A stretch of 64,000 bases of DNA, taken from contig JANRKO010000028.1 of NCBI GenBank assembly GCA_033763455.1, forward strand, positions 128,001 through 192,000. Reading direction: 5' to 3'. A program made the position numbers and the translations under genes. The notes under the pieces are model-generated. The model saw only the letters and a program-made list of their open reading frames with translations, made no database searches and was not told where the DNA came from. This document shows positions 9,243-17,799 of this stretch, piece after piece. Numbering within the stretch: the first letter of the stretch is position 1; each line of letters starts with the position of its first letter. This DNA comes from Polyangiaceae bacterium. GTDB taxonomy: Bacteria; Myxococcota_A; Polyangia; Polyangiales; Polyangiaceae.

Positions 9243-9812
9243 TTAGGTGCGTGGACCGTACTTTTCGTTTGTAGTGGCCTTGAGCGACGACGGGACAGCT
9301 TGCTCACCGGTTAATACGATGTCAGTGGCGCCGTGGGTTTGCAGAATCGCCTTGGCCCGGGCGCTCTCTTCGCCGCCCTCCACATGGATGGACATTAGAA
9401 TATTACCATTCTTGATTTTGCCTTCGTATTGCTTGGCTTCAAGCTCGGGGATCCCAAGCCCGATGACTGCCCCCGCGATGCCACCCACAGTCGCTCCGGC
9501 AGCGGCTCCGCTGAGCGCAGCCAAGATAGGGCCTGCGGCAATGAACGGGCCTACACCGGGAATGGCGAGGGCGCCTATGCCTGCCAGCAAACCGAGTGTT
9601 CCCCCGAGGGCACCACCGGCGCTCGCTCCTGCTACAGCCCCTTCTGGGGCTTTGGTGTTCTGTTCGTGGGCAAAGTCGCGTGTACCAGCCTTATCGGGGA
9701 AGAGCACCGAAATATCGTTGGTGGAGATCCCGGCTCGCTGGAGCTCACTAACGATTTGCTCTGCTTGAGTGGTGGACGCCACGAGCCCAATTACTGTTTT
9801 GTTAGATGCCAT
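9243..9812 (-). CDS. general-stress membrane protein (DUF3341/YflT-like with glycine-zipper)
   Basis: TRDFAHEQNTKAPEGA, GGALGGTLGLLAGIGALAIPGVGPFIAAGP, GLGIPELEAKQYE. Confidence 0.85.
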   Translation of the reverse strand: MASNKTVIGLVASTTQAEQIVSELQRAGISTNDISVLFPDKAGTRDFAHEQNTKAPEGAVAGASAGGALGGTLGLLAGIGALAIPGVGPFIAAGPILAALSGAAAGATVGGIAGAVIGLGIPELEAKQYEGKIKNGNILMSIHVEGGEESARAKAILQTHGATDIVLTGEQAVPSSLKATTNEKYGPRT

Positions 9813-9837
9813 GTTGAAAATCCTTATCCATCTTGCA

Positions 9838-10227
9838 CTAGTTGGTTGAAATTTCGAGTTGGTTGTCGATTCGTTGAACACCGTTAGTACGCTGCGCGAT
9901 ACTCGCGATGGTCGATTTTTGCTCGGCGCCGCTCACAGGTCCTCGCAGCGTGACTACGCCATTCACCGTTATGATCTTGATGTTCTTGCTCGTCATCGAA
10001 AGGCTGTCTTCCTTGATCACTGCCTGCCGAATCATCTGGGTGATGGTGCGGTCCGCCTCGCTGCCCCCCTGGTCTCCCGGAGTCAGGGTGAGGGAGTTGC
10101 GGTCGCGCTCGTTTATCCCGGTGTTTTCGGCCGATTTCGTCGCCTTAGATGCTTCGGACTCATGAGCCATTCCGCGGTCGCACGCGCTTGAGCCGAGCGC
10201 CAGAGTTAGAAGAATTGTAAATCGCAT
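9838..10227 (-). CDS. BON-domain lipoprotein (OsmY-like)
   Basis: Signal peptide with SSAC lipobox; ADRTITQMIRQAV...NIKIITVNGVVTLRGPV. Confidence 0.88.
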   Translation of the reverse strand: MRFTILLTLALGSSACDRGMAHESEASKATKSAENTGINERDRNSLTLTPGDQGGSEADRTITQMIRQAVIKEDSLSMTSKNIKIITVNGVVTLRGPVSGAEQKSTIASIAQRTNGVQRIDNQLEISTN

Positions 10228-10255
10228 GGTTGGATCCTTTCGGCAAAAGAGCATT

Positions 10256-10522
10256 TCAGACGAGCCGCCGCGAGGAGCCGCCAAAATAGCTGCCTATAGC
10301 CAACAGAATGATCGCGCCAATCACGCTACCGATGACGCCGGCAGTGTTGAAGTCAGCGGCGCGCTGATCCGAGATGATGCTGGCCACGAATCCGCCCAGA
10401 AATGAACCCGCGATGCCGAGCACTGCGGTCATGACGAGCCCCATTTTTTGCTCACCTGGCATTACAGCTCGCGCCACAAACCCAACAATCAAACCAAACA
10501 CTATGAATAGTAAAATTCCCAC
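10256..10522 (-). CDS. GlsB/YeaQ/YmgE stress-response (transglycosylase-associated) membrane protein
   Basis: GLIVGFVARAVMPG..MGL..T.VLGIAGSFLGG..SVIGAIILL pattern. Confidence 0.9.
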   Translation of the reverse strand: MGILLFIVFGLIVGFVARAVMPGEQKMGLVMTAVLGIAGSFLGGFVASIISDQRAADFNTAGVIGSVIGAIILLAIGSYFGGSSRRLV

Positions 10523-10593
10523 GACAGGCTCCTTGGGTGCCTAAAGGCACGCCTCCACGCGCCGCCGAGATTGGCGGTCGTGGAGCAAGCCCC

Positions 10594-10609
10594 AGCAAGG
10601 AGCGCGCCA
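10594..10609 (-). promoter_or_regulatory. sigma54 promoter TGGCGCG-CTCC-TTGCT
   Basis: Consensus match upstream of the GlsB-BON-DUF3341 operon; island motif CGTGGCA-AAG-CGCACCA at 10713-10729. Confidence 0.7.
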
Positions 10610-10772
10610 AACATGTGACTCTAAATCGACGGCTCTATTGCGTGTCACTCTGGCGCGGGTTGTGATTGGGGGTATCCGTTCAGATTTCGATATGCCTTTG
10701 GCATTTGGACGGCGTGGCAAAGCGCACCAGCGAGGGCTTTGTGCAACAAAAGGGTGCTGGCATGTTCGCCGA

Positions 10773-10788
10773 CGGCACGCGCTGTGCA
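10773..10788 (+). promoter_or_regulatory. sigma54 promoter CGGCACG-CGCT-GTGCA
   Basis: GG-N10-GC match upstream of GTG 10858. Confidence 0.55.
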
Positions 10789-10857
10789 CCGACTCGAAGC
10801 TATGGAAAAATCGGAATTACGCATTCCCCCTATCGGGGCGCGGTTGGGAGGCGAGGC

Positions 10858-11361
10858 GTGACCTTGCAACGGCTATTAATGGGCTGCCTTCTTGGACTGA
10901 TCGCTACGGTGCCAATGAGTGCCGTCATGCTGGGCGGGAAGCGTTTGTTGAGGCCGGGGGATCGGGGGCCGCTTCCTCCGCAGCAAATCACGCACGAGGT
11001 TTTGGAGCGGGTGCGCGCTGGCGATCCGCCGGAACATCGGTCCATGGTGCCGGTCGCTGCCGTCCTTTTGGCTGAATCCGCGCTCACTCGTCCGCTGTCA
11101 CGGCTCCTTCATTTCGGGTACGGGGCCGCGATGGGCGCCACCTATGTGGAACTTTGCCACGGGCTCCCGAACACACGCAGCGGGATCGCCTTTGGGCTCG
11201 GCGTGTGGACCGCGAGCTATTGTGGATGGCTCCCCGCTCTGAGGTTCTCGTCCGCCGCAAAGGCACAGAGTGCGGCGCGTAACACGTTGATGATTGCGGC
11301 ACACGTCACCTGGGGCGCCGCGGCTGGCGCACTCGGTCGCGCCTGGCGCCGCACATTATAA
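10858..11361 (+). CDS. membrane protein (DUF1440-like)
   Basis: GLIATVPMS, PLPPQQIT, LHFGYGAAMG, FGLGVWTASY.GWLP, AHVTWG; GTG start with GGAGG. Confidence 0.75.
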   Translation: MTLQRLLMGCLLGLIATVPMSAVMLGGKRLLRPGDRGPLPPQQITHEVLERVRAGDPPEHRSMVPVAAVLLAESALTRPLSRLLHFGYGAAMGATYVELCHGLPNTRSGIAFGLGVWTASYCGWLPALRFSSAAKAQSAARNTLMIAAHVTWGAAAGALGRAWRRTL

Positions 11362-11392
11362 CCCCAAGCGCGAGAAGCGCGGGCAGGGGCTG

Positions 11393-11408
11393 CGGCACGT
11401 ATATTGCT
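11393..11408 (+). promoter_or_regulatory. sigma54 promoter CGGCACG-TATA-TTGCT
   Basis: Near-perfect consensus upstream of the hemerythrin gene. Confidence 0.75.
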
Positions 11409-11484
11409 AATTCCACCCCAGTGCATGTTGAGTGCGCGCGTTTAAGCGTCACCAATAATCAGCTCCTAACTAAGGGAACCATTC

Positions 11485-11931
11485 ATGAACGCAATAGATC
11501 TGCTCAAAGAAGACCACACCCTCGTGCGCGACCTTTTGGAACAACTCACAGCAACGTCCTCACGGGCAAAAAAGTCGCGTGCCGATCTCTTGGTCAAAAT
11601 CGCCCGCGAAATCCGAGTGCATGCCCAGATTGAGGAGGATATTTTTTATCCAGCGTTCCGCAAGGTCGCCAAGGATGATGCCATGTTCTTTGAAGCGCTA
11701 GAGGAGCACCGCGCCGTGGAGCGCCTCGTTCTGCCTGACTTAGAGAAGACTCCCGTGGACTCGGAGCGTTTCAGTGGGCGCGCGAAGGTGCTCAAGGACT
11801 TGATCGAGCACCACGCGGATGAGGAAGAAGAGGAGATGTTTCCCAAGGCCAAGAAGCTCATGGCTCGGGAAGACTTGGAGATGCTAGGGAAACGCATGCT
11901 TGCTTTAAAGAGTGAGCTTAAAGCGGCGTAA
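11485..11931 (+). CDS. hemerythrin-domain protein
   Basis: MNAIDLLKEDH, HAQIEEDIFYP, EALEEH, IEHHADEEEEEMFP metal-ligand pattern. Confidence 0.92.
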   Translation: MNAIDLLKEDHTLVRDLLEQLTATSSRAKKSRADLLVKIAREIRVHAQIEEDIFYPAFRKVAKDDAMFFEALEEHRAVERLVLPDLEKTPVDSERFSGRAKVLKDLIEHHADEEEEEMFPKAKKLMAREDLEMLGKRMLALKSELKAA

Positions 11932-11984
11932 CACTTTCGAGGGAAAAGCGTCCCGCAAACGTGCGCAGGCAGCCAAAATTTGCG

Positions 11985-12010
11985 TTCCCCAAGTGTGGCA
12001 AAATGCCCCA
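11985..12010. promoter_or_regulatory. island motif TTCCCCA-AG-TGTGGCA-AAA-TGCCCCA upstream of hybrid kinase
   Basis: Best match to the palindromic consensus, with an adjacent extra half-site. Confidence 0.6.
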
Positions 12011-12078
12011 GCGAGGGGTTCTCGGGGTGCGTGTGGTGGAAGGGTGAATGCAGTGCTTTCCGTGAACCCAAGTCGTGT

Positions 12079-14982
12079 ATGCTGACGCCCATGCCGGCAC
12101 CCGAGCAGCTAGACGCCCTTCGCGATTTCGTCGAGACTTCTTCGATTGGCCTGCATTGGGTGGCAGCCGACGGCACAATTCTATGGGCTAATCCGGCCGA
12201 TTACGTACCTCTCGGTTATTCGGAGAAAGAATATATCGGGCGCAATATTACAGAATTTCATGCCGACGCTACGGCCGTTTCCGATATTCTTCGAAGGCTA
12301 ACGTCAGGGGAGCGTCTGCACAACTATGAAGCGCGTCTGCGTTGTAAGGACGGCACGACGCGCAGGGTGCTCATTACCTCCAGCGTAAAATTCGACGAAA
12401 GTGGCGAGTTTGTCCATACTCGGTGTTTCACGGTGGACGTCTCGGAGCGCTGCCACGAGGTTACTGAGTTGCAGTTTGAAGCACTCAACCGCGAGGTCGA
12501 GCGCCTGCGTGTGCTCGCCTCACGCAAGCGTGGGCTTCTTGCGGCGATTCTTCAGCACAGCCCCCATGGCATCATCGTGTGTGACACCGAGGGCAAGCTC
12601 ACACTGCAAAATGAGGCGGCCGAGAAGATTTGGGCCGGCAGCGCCACCGCAGATACTGTGGCCGGTTGGGGTAAGTACCGTGCGTTTCATCCCGATGGGC
12701 GCCCATTCGAGGCCACCGATTGGTCCATGGCTCGCGCCCTCAGCAAGCGGGAGGTGGTGGCCGCCGACGAAATTCACATTCTGCGCTTCGATGACAGGCC
12801 CGCTGTGCTTTTGGGCAGTTCGGCACCCATTTTCGACAGCGAAGGGAAGCTGGAAGGCGCGCTTTCGGTGTTTGCCGACATCACCGAGTTTAAGCGACAA
12901 GATGCTGAGCTGCGTGTGAGCGCGGAGCGCTACGCCACCACTTTGCGGAGCATTGGAGACGCCGTAATTGCGACCGACGCCGGCGGCCATGTTACTTTCA
13001 TGAACCCGGTTGGCGAGAGCCTTACCAAGTGGACTTTGGCTGACGCCCTAGGAAAGCCACTGCACGAGGTCTTCCGAATTGTTAACGAGCATACGCGCGA
13101 GGTGGTGGAGAGTCCGGTAGATAAGGTCATTCGAGCGGGTAAGATCGTCGGCCTCGCCAACCACACCATCCTCACCGCGCGTGATGGCTCGGAGGTAGCC
13201 ATTGATGACAGTGGAGCTCCCATTTTCGGTGATGATGGTGCGTTGGTGGGGGTGGTTCTTGTGTTTCGAGACGTCACCGAGAAGCGTCGCGAGGAAGATC
13301 GCCGCCAGTTTATCGCCGGAGCCAGTGCCCACCTGGTCTCAAGCCTGGATTACGTCGCGACACTAACCACTGTGGCGAACCTTTCGGTGCCGACCATCGC
13401 GGACTGGTGCGCCATAGACATGGTGGCCGGTGAGGGCCGCGTTGAGCGCCTGGCTGTCGCGCATGCTGACCCCGGGAAGGTTCGGTTTGCGAAGGAAGTG
13501 GAGCAGAAGTATCCGCCGGATCCGCAGTCTCCGTACGGTGTGCACGAGGTGATTCGAACCGGCAAGGCCCAGATGATGAGCGAAATCCCCGAGGCCCTCT
13601 TGATAGCGGCCGCCGTTGACGACGAACACCTGCGAATTATTGAGGAGTTGGGGTTGAAGTCTTCGATGGTGGTGCCGCTTCGCTGCCGGGGCAGGATCTT
13701 AGGGGCAATCACCTTCGTTGCCGCCGAGTCCAATCGCCGGTTTGGCCCGCTAGATTTGTCGCTCGCCGAGGAAATTGCTGGCATCGCCGCGCTCGCGGTT
13801 GACAACGCGCGCCTCTACCGCGAGGCGCAGAATGCCAATAGCGCTAAGGATGAGTTTCTGGCCACCGTATCGCACGAGCTTCGCACACCGCTCAGCGCAA
13901 TTCTTGGTTGGGCGCACCTCCTGAACAACAACGGGCTACCGGAGGAGAAACGGCAGCACGCCTTAGAGGTGATTGAACGCAATGCTCGAGCTCAGGCACA
14001 ACTCATTGAGGATCTGCTCGACGTTTCTCGGATCATATCGGGGAAATTAAGGCTAGAAACGCGAGCATTCGACCTCGCCACAATTATTAGCGCAGCAGTG
14101 GATGGTGTGCGGCCAGCTGCGGAGGCGAAAAACGTGAGGATCAGCCTTCAGGTTGATGACGCCGCACGCAACGCGGTGGGTGACCCCGACAGGCTTCAAC
14201 AAGTAGTTTGGAACTTACTGTCGAACGCTGTGAAGTTTACGGGGAAGAATGATACGGTTACGATCCAGCTTACGCGTGAGGGTTCTCACGCGGAGATTGG
14301 TGTTACCGATACCGGTATGGGTATTGAGCCGCAGCACTTACCGCACATTTTCGAGCGCTTTAAGCAGGCAAACGCGACCACGACCCGATCGCACGGCGGG
14401 TTAGGGCTGGGCCTTTCCATTGTGAAACACCTCGTTGAGCTACATGGGGGAACTGTCACCGCAGCCAGTGAAGGTGCGAACCGGGGCTCGTCGTTCAAAG
14501 TCAGGCTGCCGCTCGGCGGTGTTTCGCCTTCTCAAACAATCCTGCATGCATCCTCGCGGCATACTTGGGAAGCCCCCCGCCTTGAGGGGTTAAAAGTCCT
14601 CGTTGTCGATGATGAAGAAGATACTCGGCGTCTCGTTGTGACGGTGCTCGAGGCTCACGGAGCCATTGTCACCTCCGTCGGCTCCGCTGCGCACGCGCTA
14701 CGCGAAGTGGAACGGGAGCCTCCCGACGTGCTCGTCAGTGACGTTGGTATGCCCGAAGAAGACGGCTACAGCCTAATTCGCAAGGTACGCGTTGTGATGA
14801 AGGAGCGGGGCCGTCCGCTGCCTGCAGTTGCCCTCACAGCCTACGCTCGCCGGGAAGATAGGACACGCGCGCTCTTGGCGGGGTTTCAGTCACACGTGGT
14901 GAAACCGTTTTCGCCAGATGAGCTGTTGATCGTGGTGGCAACCCTTGCAGGCAGAACCGAAGAGTCTTGTCCGTTGGGCTGA
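12079..14982 (+). CDS. hybrid sensor histidine kinase (3xPAS-GAF-HisKA-HATPase-REC)
   Basis: FLATVSHELRTPL H-box, NLLSNAVKF, DTGMGI, GGLGLGL, receiver VVDDEED/LVSDVGMP/KP. Confidence 0.93.
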   Translation: MLTPMPAPEQLDALRDFVETSSIGLHWVAADGTILWANPADYVPLGYSEKEYIGRNITEFHADATAVSDILRRLTSGERLHNYEARLRCKDGTTRRVLITSSVKFDESGEFVHTRCFTVDVSERCHEVTELQFEALNREVERLRVLASRKRGLLAAILQHSPHGIIVCDTEGKLTLQNEAAEKIWAGSATADTVAGWGKYRAFHPDGRPFEATDWSMARALSKREVVAADEIHILRFDDRPAVLLGSSAPIFDSEGKLEGALSVFADITEFKRQDAELRVSAERYATTLRSIGDAVIATDAGGHVTFMNPVGESLTKWTLADALGKPLHEVFRIVNEHTREVVESPVDKVIRAGKIVGLANHTILTARDGSEVAIDDSGAPIFGDDGALVGVVLVFRDVTEKRREEDRRQFIAGASAHLVSSLDYVATLTTVANLSVPTIADWCAIDMVAGEGRVERLAVAHADPGKVRFAKEVEQKYPPDPQSPYGVHEVIRTGKAQMMSEIPEALLIAAAVDDEHLRIIEELGLKSSMVVPLRCRGRILGAITFVAAESNRRFGPLDLSLAEEIAGIAALAVDNARLYREAQNANSAKDEFLATVSHELRTPLSAILGWAHLLNNNGLPEEKRQHALEVIERNARAQAQLIEDLLDVSRIISGKLRLETRAFDLATIISAAVDGVRPAAEAKNVRISLQVDDAARNAVGDPDRLQQVVWNLLSNAVKFTGKNDTVTIQLTREGSHAEIGVTDTGMGIEPQHLPHIFERFKQANATTTRSHGGLGLGLSIVKHLVELHGGTVTAASEGANRGSSFKVRLPLGGVSPSQTILHASSRHTWEAPRLEGLKVLVVDDEEDTRRLVVTVLEAHGAIVTSVGSAAHALREVEREPPDVLVSDVGMPEEDGYSLIRKVRVVMKERGRPLPAVALTAYARREDRTRALLAGFQSHVVKPFSPDELLIVVATLAGRTEESCPLG

Positions 14983-15101
14983 GCTGAGCCCCATTCACGA
15001 GTGGCGCGGAGTTAAGGCGGGGTTCTCCTCCGCGGCCTCCATCTCCTCGATCCAATCGGAGAAAGTGGGCTCCACGGATGCGGCGGGGAAGTGGCGGACT
15101 G

Positions 15102-16661
15102 CTACTGATGCAAGATCCTCCACAGGCGCCCAGCTTTGTCGTCGCTCACATAGAGCGACCCATCTGGCCCCTCACCAACACCGACGGGCCGGTACATCGC
15201 CTGCTCCGGAAGCGGCCGGTTCGGTCCCGCAAAGCCATCTGCGAACATTTCGGCGGCAATCCCTGGTTGCCCATTGGTGAACGGCAGGAACATAACGCTG
15301 TAGCCGGGGAGGGCGCCGGGGGGATTGGGAGTGAACCGGGAGCCGTGAAACGCTACGAGTAGGCCGCCCTGATAGCGAGCAGGGAATTGATCACCCGTGT
15401 AGAAATGCATCCCCAAAGGCGCAAGGTGAGCCGGGAAGGCGAACTTAGGAAGGGGCACCGCACCGCAGCGTCCGGCATCCACGCCGTTTCCGCCATACTC
15501 CGGTGCCAACACGTTGCCACGGCCGCCGTCGTGATAGCAGTAGGGCCATCCATAGTCAGCGCCGTTCGCAATGAGGTACAGGGCTTCCGACGGTAGATTC
15601 TGATCTTGCGTGGCGGAAAAGAGGCCAGGCCAATTTTCATTTAATTGGTCCCGTCCATTTTGCACACCCCAGAGTTCGCTCGTGCCAGGCCTAATGGCGA
15701 GTGCGGTGGTATTTCTTAAACCGCTACCGTAGCGCAAACCGTCAGTTTGGATCTGCCCGAGCAAGCCCGGTTCGAAACGCCACACACCCGCTCGCGTGAG
15801 CAGCTCGGGGCAGGGGTCGATGCCGGGGGAGAGCAACGTGCGGTTCTGAAGCTGGCAAGAATTCGTGGCGGAACCAATATTCACAAATAGTCGCGCATCA
15901 GGGCCAAAAACGATCGATTTTGACGCATGATCGCCCGTGCCCGGCAACCCCGAAACAACCACTTCAGGGGCACTAGAAGGGGTCAGCACACCATTGGGGA
16001 GTGCCCAGCGAACTACCCGGGTATTTTCAGCGAAGTAAAGGTACCCGTCTCGCCATTCGATGCCATTTCCGCCCTCGTTACCGAACGTCTGCCGCTGATC
16101 GAGCTTTCCGTTCCCGGTGGTGTCGCGAAGAGCCACGACTTTTCCTTTGGTAATCCCGTCCGTCGAATTGTTGATCGCCACAAATACGTCACCGCTCGGA
16201 GCGATGGCAAAATGCCTCGCTGGGCCAAGATTGTCTGCCACAGCGAGGGCACAGAATCCCGGAGGCAACGTTAATCCGCCATTGTCAGCGTCACAGGCAA
16301 CTTGCACCGGTGCGCCCCCTGCGCCACCACTCCCACCTGCCATGCCGGCACTTCCTGCCATGCCAGCGCTTCCTGCAACGCCCCCCTGCCCGGCGCTTCC
16401 ACCTAAGCTATTGCTACCTCCGATGGTGGGGGTTCCAGCTGCGCCAGCGGCTGCTCCAGCTGCGCCGCCTGCGGGATTTGCCTTTCCTCCGCTGCCAGGA
16501 GTGCCGCCCGTGGCTTTGCCGCCGGTCCCACCGGTCCTCCCGCCCGTGGTACCAGTGCCGGGCCCTGGATCGTCCGTGTCATCGCTGCAAGCAATTGGAA
16601 CGGCGAGAAGAAGCAAAGGCAACAGGGAAACCTTGAGTAACTGCGAACGAGAGTATGACAT
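15102..16661 (-). CDS. sorbosone/glucose dehydrogenase-family beta-propeller lipoprotein with Gly-rich linker
   Basis: PIAC lipobox; GGLTLPPGFCA, GSATNSCQ, GLRNT, DYGWPYCY, AHLAPLGMHFY, AFHGS, GPDGSLYVSDD. Confidence 0.87.
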   Translation of the reverse strand: MSYSRSQLLKVSLLPLLLLAVPIACSDDTDDPGPGTGTTGGRTGGTGGKATGGTPGSGGKANPAGGAAGAAAGAAGTPTIGGSNSLGGSAGQGGVAGSAGMAGSAGMAGGSGGAGGAPVQVACDADNGGLTLPPGFCALAVADNLGPARHFAIAPSGDVFVAINNSTDGITKGKVVALRDTTGNGKLDQRQTFGNEGGNGIEWRDGYLYFAENTRVVRWALPNGVLTPSSAPEVVVSGLPGTGDHASKSIVFGPDARLFVNIGSATNSCQLQNRTLLSPGIDPCPELLTRAGVWRFEPGLLGQIQTDGLRYGSGLRNTTALAIRPGTSELWGVQNGRDQLNENWPGLFSATQDQNLPSEALYLIANGADYGWPYCYHDGGRGNVLAPEYGGNGVDAGRCGAVPLPKFAFPAHLAPLGMHFYTGDQFPARYQGGLLVAFHGSRFTPNPPGALPGYSVMFLPFTNGQPGIAAEMFADGFAGPNRPLPEQAMYRPVGVGEGPDGSLYVSDDKAGRLWRILHQ

Positions 16662-16704
16662 TCTAGATTCTCCAAAGTAATAAATCTTAACTTCGTGAGA
16701 GCTC

Positions 16705-16720
16705 TGCAACGAACGTGCCG
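16705..16720 (-). promoter_or_regulatory. sigma54 promoter CGGCACG-TTCG-TTGCA
   Basis: Near-perfect consensus 44 bp upstream of ATG 16661. Confidence 0.75.
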
Positions 16721-16814
16721 CCATTTCGAAACCATGTGTTGCTACAAGCACCTGAAAGCAACCGGAGCGTACGAAAGGCGCGCGAGGAAGATCCGCAAGA
16801 CGCTACATCACGAG

Positions 16815-16840
16815 TGCCACAGTTGTGGCAGGATGCATCC
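16815..16840. promoter_or_regulatory. putative enhancer TGCCACA-GT-TGTGGCA-GGA-TGCATCC
   Basis: Between two divergent sigma54 promoters; 23/29 identical to the 9100-9128 site. Confidence 0.65.
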
Positions 16841-16907
16841 TCGGCAATTGCCATTTAACCATTAAAGGGTATTGGCTGCGTGATTGCGGGACCTTATGCC
16901 CCAGTGC

Positions 16908-16923
16908 TGGCACACGCCTTGCT
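16908..16923 (+). promoter_or_regulatory. sigma54 promoter TGGCACA-CGCC-TTGCT
   Basis: Near-perfect consensus upstream of a small lipoprotein gene. Confidence 0.75.
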
Positions 16924-16981
16924 GGGGGAGGAGTAATGCGTCGCTTGTGGTCGATGCTTCCCAACATTAGGAGAATGAGAA

Positions 16982-17206
16982 ATGAAGATTGGATGGTATT
17001 TGGCAGTTCTTAGTCTATCTATGTGCGCTGCGTGTGGCGGAGGCCAGAAAGAGCCTGAAGATGCGGATGGTGCCGCTGAAAGGGCCGGCGAACGCATCGA
17101 TACCGCAGCGGAGAAGGCGGGCTCCGAAGCGGAGGAAGCCACCGAAGATGTTGGCGAAGCGGTGGAAGATGCAGGTGATGATATTCAGGAAAAATCTAAC
17201 GAGTAA
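16982..17206 (+). CDS. small acidic lipoprotein (LEA/CsbD-like amphipathic repeats)
   Basis: AGGAG upstream, CAAC lipobox, 11-residue-periodic E/A/D-rich body. Confidence 0.8.
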   Translation: MKIGWYLAVLSLSMCAACGGGQKEPEDADGAAERAGERIDTAAEKAGSEAEEATEDVGEAVEDAGDDIQEKSNE

Positions 17207-17250
17207 ATCCGCAAAGGTTAAAAGTCCAAAGAGTAAATCCGCAAAGGTTA
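17201..17250. repeat. 20-bp direct repeat x2, 30-bp period
   Basis: GAGTAAATCCGCAAAGGTTA at 17201-17220 and 17231-17250. Confidence 0.9.
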
Positions 17251-17313
17251 GAAGATTTGCAGACGCTCGTAGTGGGTGACCTGCGGAGACTTGGTATTTA
17301 GAAAGGTTCTACT

Positions 17314-17613
17314 ATGATTCAGCGAGTAATTGCGTTGTCGTTCTTGTTTTGTGCGGTCTCTCTTGGGTGCAGCGACGATCCCGTTGAGCAGATAACGAAC
17401 AAGATAACGTGCAGAGATGTGTGTGGGCGCTATAAGGATTGTATCGACTCCAACTACAATGTGGATATGTGCGTGAGCAAATGTGAGGCGGATGCTTCCG
17501 CGGAAGAGGCCAAGGAGCAGAAGCTCAACACGTGTGAAACCTGCTTGGATGACAAGTCCTGCACGGATTCGGTATTCAAGTGTGGAGTCGAATGTACGGG
17601 TGTGGTGCCGTAA
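17314..17613 (+). CDS. small Cys-rich lipoprotein
   Basis: SLGC lipobox followed by CxxxC/CxxC pairs; GAAAGG upstream. Confidence 0.8.
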   Translation: MIQRVIALSFLFCAVSLGCSDDPVEQITNKITCRDVCGRYKDCIDSNYNVDMCVSKCEADASAEEAKEQKLNTCETCLDDKSCTDSVFKCGVECTGVVP

Positions 17614-17672
17614 GCTTGCCTTCTTGCCATCGACCCAAGGCGGTCGCTTCACAGGGGGGTGTGATTCGTTGA

Positions 17673-17698
17673 GCCACCCCGGGCAAACCCGGGGTGGC
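17673..17698. terminator. perfect 11-bp hairpin
   Basis: GCCACCCCGGG-CAAA-CCCGGGGTGGC downstream of the lipoprotein genes. Confidence 0.6.
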
Positions 17699-17714
17699 AT
17701 TAGATGAGATCTCG

Positions 17715-17731
17715 GGTGGCAAATTGCCCCG
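17715..17731. promoter_or_regulatory. island motif GGTGGCA-AAT-TGCCCCG upstream of acnA
   Basis: Palindromic consensus match ~70 bp before ATG 17800. Confidence 0.55.
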
Positions 17732-17799
17732 CGGAAGAGTGCTTTCGGATTCTGACCTAGCCTGGCCGTTGTGCTCGTGGGATTTTGCTTCAACCGACA

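Noticed and set aside
12037..12052. sigma54 site TGGAAGG-GTGA-ATGCA before the first kinase
   Set aside because: GG-N10-GC spacing is right but the -24 box is too far from consensus to count
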